Source: Flaccisagitta enflata (taxonomy: Eukaryota). From it: a stretch of 64,000 bases of DNA. Position 1 is the first letter of the stretch. The number at the start of each line of letters is the position of its first letter. Below, one piece after another: positions 59,261 to 64,000 of the stretch. Below the pieces are notes generated by a model. The model had not been told where the DNA came from. It saw nothing but the letters and a program-made list of their open reading frames with translations, and did no database searches. The stretch is from positions 16,244,001 to 16,308,000 of the forward strand of contig OZ231126.1 in the NCBI GenBank assembly GCA_965153355.1, given 5' to 3'. The translations under genes and the position numbers were made by a program.

Positions 59261-60084
59261 CTTCAATGTTTGGAATTTACCTTTGTTTTGCAACTGGCAT
59301 TTGTCATGATGTTATCGTCATGTCACTTGTCTCGTCGCAAGAAGCAATCATGGTAAGCATAATGATAATGCTAATGAAAAAAATGGTGGTGATGTTCATG
59401 ATGTTGGAACTCGTTACGATGCAAGGCACAATTCGGTCATTCAATTTTTGCAAGCGATGGCTTAAAAGTTAAGTCCGCTTACACGTAAATTGAGCCATGA
59501 AAGATAACAACACGCGGGAGATATGACCAATTGACCAAAGTGGACGCGATTACATCGGGTTGGATAGATCCAAAACCCTGACTCGCTTGACGATGGGCGA
59601 ATTTCTGACCTACTATCAGGATCAATTTCGCCCACCTCTCAGTGTATTTTATTTCGAATGATGAGTTGACAATGTAATTGTCTTTATCCCCAATAATAGA
59701 CATGGCTATAAAGCGAAGAAAATCTAATCATCGGATTTTCTCGACGCAAAAACGCTGTTTGGCGCCTTATCAAAACTATGATTTAAAATGGCGCGATGTT
59801 TATCACAGTAGCCTTAATCGCAACAAGGTTGGAAGGATACAATTCTGCTGTATGCTAATTAGGTTTTGGATGAGGACAAGTGAGTCGGTTTGAATGCATG
59901 GGTTTGTATTTTTAGTCGCGTGCACGCGACTCTACAACCCGCTCCGTCGGTCCGTCGGTCGGTCGGTCGGTTTTGGATGAGGGCATGAGAGTCGGTTTGA
60001 ATGCATATTGTATTGTATTGTATTTGTATTTTTGTCGTGGATATATGCTTTTGTGGCCGTGTTTGATTCTTAGTGTGGCTTATT

Positions 60085-60167
<83 letters not shown>

Positions 60168-60321
60168 TGTGTGTGCGTGCGTGCGTGTGTGTGTGTGTGT
60201 GCTCGAGTTTTTGCTGAATTATAAGCGCGCATTTGTGTCAACTCAATGAAAGTTTTATTATCTAGTAGATGGAAGTGTATCCGGACGAATCCTAACGTTG
60301 TTTTTTGATTCTTTTTTTTGG

Positions 60322-60472
60322 TTTTTAGTCGCGGACACGCGACTCTACACCTTGCCGTGTCGGTCCGTCGGTCCGTCCGTCGGTCCGTAACATTTCTGAA
60401 TTGCGAGCAGTTTTCGCATTACTGCTCCTGCCCAACCGTCCGCGACTGGATTGCCGTGTATCCGGCCTTGTT
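60322..60472 (+). mobile_element. HINE-like family 1 copy
   Basis: AGTCGCGGAC ... GTCCGCGACT, GCCGtgtatcCGGC, ccttgtt. Confidence 0.8.
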
Positions 60473-60479
60473 GTTTTAG

Positions 60480-60572
60480 ATGCCTGTTAAATCTCCAGAT
60501 GACTTTTATACAAAAAATCTTCGCTTGTCTAACAAGTGTCAAACTTTTGGTCTCAATAACGCAACTCTTTTG
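60480..60572 (+). CDS. 7TM receptor 2, exon 5 (ECL2)
   Basis: ttttag| MPVKSPDDFYTKNLRLSNKCQTFGLNNATLL |gtacat; phase 0/0. Confidence 0.6.
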
Positions 60573-60645
60573 GTACATTTTTGGTATATCAATTGTTATT
60601 TGCATAATTGCATTTGCTGTTTAACCGGCCTCGTTTCCCGTCTAG

Positions 60646-60786
60646 GTGGTGGTGCATTTTCACTGGGCGATGACATATCCTTTGCCGTTGTTGATTCTAT
60701 GCGTCGCCACGGCGGCGATTTTGTTCAAGACAAAAGCCAAATCTTCGCCCATACTAGGCAAAAATGTCAAGATGCAACAATTAAAA
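60646..60786 (+). CDS. 7TM receptor 2, exon 6 (TM5)
   Basis: ctag| VVVHFHWAMTYPLPLLILCVATAAILFK... |gtaagt; 47 codons. Confidence 0.75.
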
Positions 60787-60907
60787 GTAAGTGGTGATTT
60801 ATATCTGTAATTCTGTATATCTATTATCTTTTTATCTTTACATCCCAATATCTTGATATCGTTTATCAAAAGAGGATGCATTAATTGGAGATCTCTTGGC
60901 CTTGGCA

Positions 60908-61121
60908 TTTTTAGTCGCGTGCTACGCGACTCTACACCCCGCTTTGTCCGTCGGTCGGTCGGTTGGTTGGTCCCCATTTTATTTTTTTTATTCGTTTTAC
61001 TTTCTTGACCTCATCGCTCCTGCCCAAATGGTCTGGTGACCTCAAATAGGGCCCCTGCCCACCCGCACAGCCCCTGCCCACCCGCACGCGACTTCGGCAG
61101 CCGTGTATCCGGCCTTGTTTT
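60908..61121 (+). mobile_element. HINE-like family 1 copy (intronic)
   Basis: AGTCGCGTGC ... GCACGCGACT, hairpin, ggccttgtt. Confidence 0.8.
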
Positions 61122-61597
61122 TCTTTTTGCCATAAAATAATCATTTTTTCGCGGAGAAGTTATGATTTTTCCATAATCCCAAATTGTTACAATATTAGTA
61201 TGGTTTAATGGCCCTATTTTCAACTCTTTCTAAATGTAAGTGTAATTTCTATCAATAAATTGATTTAGATGAACATCAATGTATGAAGGTTCATTCATCT
61301 GTGAACTCAACTCTTGCTCTTTTTTTTTCTCGATCTTAAATCCTAGAACGGTTGAATTTCACTGCCTCATTTGTATAACGCAGTCGTTCAAAATTACCGC
61401 TCACATAGAAAAACTCCATAAATTGGTTTCCCTATGAAAGTATATTTAACTAGAATCAACAATAACGGTATGATGTATTCGTTGGTTTATATGTTTTAAA
61501 AAAAGACGGCAATAAAAGTATCATTTATAGTTTCGTTATATTTCACAAGATTTTATCCTAGAGACGAGAATATAGTCTAAAAAAATAACGTCTTGGC

Positions 61598-61739
61598 AGC
61601 TTTGCGCAGTGGCGATACCATAGCCAGTGAAGTATCAACTGAGGCGTGGTTATTGCTAATTGAAAACTAAATCCAATCCCCGCTGGGAAGGACTTGAAAC
61701 ACAGTCCACCCAGCAATTTCTGAAGGCCTGAAAAGGCTG
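61598..61739 (+). ncRNA. U4: U4 spliceosomal snRNA
   Basis: 5' AGCTTTGCGCAGTGGC and TTATTGCTAATTGAAAACT match metazoan U4 (U6-pairing regions); 5' stem-loop with K-turn; stem GCTGGG..GGACT/AGTCC..CCCAGC; Sm site AATTTCTGA; terminal hairpin. Confidence 0.95.
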
Positions 61740-61888
61740 AATAATCCTAGACTCTCAGCTGACCTCCCCCATCCGTGAATGAGATCCAACTTGTTGAATT
61801 CCTTTAGAAGTATTCTTTCATGTGCAAACTGTTTTCCATCACGATCCAGATTCCCACTTCTCATTCCTTTCTCTTTTTCCCTCGACAG

Positions 61889-62953
61889 GACGAGACGACG
61901 ACTCTCGTAATCGTCATCTTCGTCGTCTTCTTCATCTGCAGTCTCCCTTCTTTAATCTGGTTCGCTTATTCTCTCGCCAAATATCACCACGTAGAATTCC
62001 CCGAGGCTTTTGAGTCTTTCGCCCCAACATTTTGCCCGCCGTCTTCGTCCTCGCCCGCTTCATCCTCCTCCTCCTTGTCCTCTTTCTCCTCAAACCTGTC
62101 GTCAACATCCAACATCTCGACGGCATTCTCCGGCGATCGCGGGATCTTCCACGGCCTCGACAGCGGCACTCACGAGTCGGTGGTCATCGCGCTCACATTT
62201 TCCATGATGCTCAACTCGTCCTCAGTTTTATTCATTTTGTTGGGATTCAAACCGACTTTTAGAAGATCGTTTTTCGCTCTTTGGCAAATGGGCAAAGGGA
62301 AAGTGGCAGAGATGTGGAAAAAGTGGCGGGGTGGTGGAATGGAAAGAGGAGGAGAAAGAAGAAGAGGAGGGGGAAGAGGAGGAAGTGGAGGAGGAAGAGA
62401 AGAAAGAGGAAGTGGGGGAACAGAAGGGAAAGACAGAAACGCAGAAACTGAAACTAACTCTGACAGTGAAAACGAATCAACATGGAAAGTTAACGTAATA
62501 TCTTGCGGTGGAAATGGAAATCTGTCCGAGGAAGAAACATTGAGTATAGAGGATGGAAGGGATGGAAAAACCACTAACGACAAAATTCAGACTGAGTCTA
62601 AACGTAAAAGAGCGCTCTCCGCGATTCTAAGACGATTGTCGAGGAGATTCGGATGCTGTGGACGAAGATGGCTAAATTACGGCAACAGCAAACTTCGATC
62701 CATGAAAATGACGATGGCAGAATCTGGCGGAGGAAATGCCTACAAAAACTTTGACATTATCGTGGAAGATTTTGACGAAAAAACTGATGAAAAATGTGAC
62801 GACGGAAAATTTAAAGACGTTGACGAGGACGACGTCGATGACGTTAGAGATGGCGTCAGCGTCGCAAAGGTCGTTGAACTTGATCATTCAAATGGGTTTT
62901 ACGAATTTGATGATAAAAACGTCGGTACTGCGGATAACGTCGAAAAGTTTTAG
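61889..62953 (+). CDS. 7TM receptor 2, last exon (TM6, TM7, long C-tail)
   Basis: gacag| DETTTLVIVIFVVFFICSLPSLIW (FxxCxxP), MLNSSSVLFILLGFKPTFRRSF (TM7, helix 8); ORF ends at TAG. Confidence 0.85.
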   Translation, partial: DETTTLVIVIFVVFFICSLPSLIWFAYSLAKYHHVEFPEAFESFAPTFCPPSSSSPASSSSSLSSFSSNLSSTSNISTAFSGDRGIFHGLDSGTHESVVIALTFSMMLNSSSVLFILLGFKPTFRRSFFALWQMGKGKVAEMWKKWRGGGMERGGERRRGGGRGGSGGGREERGSGGTEGKDRNAETETNSDSENESTWKVNVISCGGNGNLSEEETLSIEDGRDGKTTNDKIQTESKRKRALSAILRRLSRRFGCCGRRWLNYGNSKLRSMKMTMAESGGGNAYKNFDIIVEDFDEKTDEKCDDGKFKDVDEDDVDDVRDGVSVAKVVELDHSNGFYEFDDKNVGTADNVEKF

Positions 62954-64000
62954 AGCATTGACGAAATAGCATCTTCAATATGTCTAAGCTTGTAATTTTT
63001 ATATCTCATAGCCTCAATCATGTTGTTCTAGCTGTATCAGTCTTCATATATCATTTGGTCTGCCTTTTTTTCCTCGCAGTATTACGAAAGCATACTTCTT
63101 TACCCCTCTAACCCTATTTTCATAGTAATGTTGGCTGTATCATTTTCAGAAACATCCAAATCCATTTGTTCACTAAACACACAGTCCGCTGATTTTGATG
63201 AAACAATTGGCAGCATTTCAGCGTTTTTATCCATCTACCTATTTTGTTAATTTGTGTTTGTATTTTCTATAAATTATCATATTGTTTACTCATGGATTTT
63301 CTCGAAATTGGGTCAACTTTAGAGGACAATAAATTGATTCATCAGCTTTTATCATTACCCTCCTCCACCCACTCCCCACTGACTAAACAAGGCCGGATAC
63401 ATGGCAATCCAGTCGCAGACGGTTGGGCAGGAGCAGTAATGCAAAAACCGCTCGAAATTCAAAAATGTGACGGACCAACGGACGGACCCACCAACCGACC
63501 GACAGGACTAAAAATGGTTGTTGTAACTGATCTCCAATTTCTGCATACGGTGTATAATGACGAGTAGAACCACCTCTGTTGGACGATGGACGCGCAGATC
63601 ATATTCTAAGCGTTCGAAAAATGTTGTTTATGATACCTGAAGCTCATTCATCATGTTTGTTTTATTTTGATGCGTTATAACAATCCCTCTTTTTTCACAA
63701 ATCATTTTGTTCATATCAAAACAAAACGATGAGAGATTAATCGGGTTTGGTTTCGAGGGAGCATCGAAGTGGAAGAGATTTGGATTTGTATAGGGCAAGC
63801 GCAAATCAGAAATGGCCAGTCTAAGCCATCCGTGGATTCGCACGACTGTTTCAGTCCATATACCGCCGCAGATACTGTGCTGTCGCGTACCTCAGTCCCC
63901 GGCTGTTTAATTATCCCGTGAGAACTGCCGCTTTATATCAGGGCTCCAGGAGATGAGAAACATTTATTAGTTAGTGCTGCCATTCTGGACTTTGCGGGCG

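Noticed and set aside
63570-64000. Possible gene or ncRNA at the window end
   Set aside because: No recognisable motif, and truncated by the window edge.

Overview
Eukaryotic (metazoan, invertebrate-like) genomic DNA, rich in introns and repeats. There are no prokaryotic operons, CRISPR arrays, rRNA or tRNA genes. (1) 1-10.6 kb: a degenerate BEL/Pao LTR retrotransposon (RT/RNase H deleted) inserted in reverse orientation into another copy of its own family. (2) 14.4-28.2 kb: an otherwise intact, extremely G-rich Crack/L2-group LINE ORF2. It is split in frame by a 10.4-kb insertion with short TIRs and a 7-10 bp TSD that carries repeat-laden, exon-like cargo. The LINE itself sits in a ~450-bp octamer-containing tandem array. 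(3) Host genes: two divergent multi-exon class A 7TM receptors (34.5-36.5 kb and 54.0-63.0 kb), a poly-Q C2H2 zinc-finger ORF with one internal TAG in a CAA-UAG-CAA-CUA readthrough-type context, and a structurally intact U4 snRNA in the last intron of the second receptor. (4) More than 25 copies of four HINE/DINE-like (Helentron-type non-autonomous) families with co-varying subterminal inverted repeats, several hAT and Tc1/mariner-type MITEs, and many micro/minisatellites. Most short ORFs in the track are microsatellite translations. Homopolymer indels suggest some assembly error. All alignments were done by eye.
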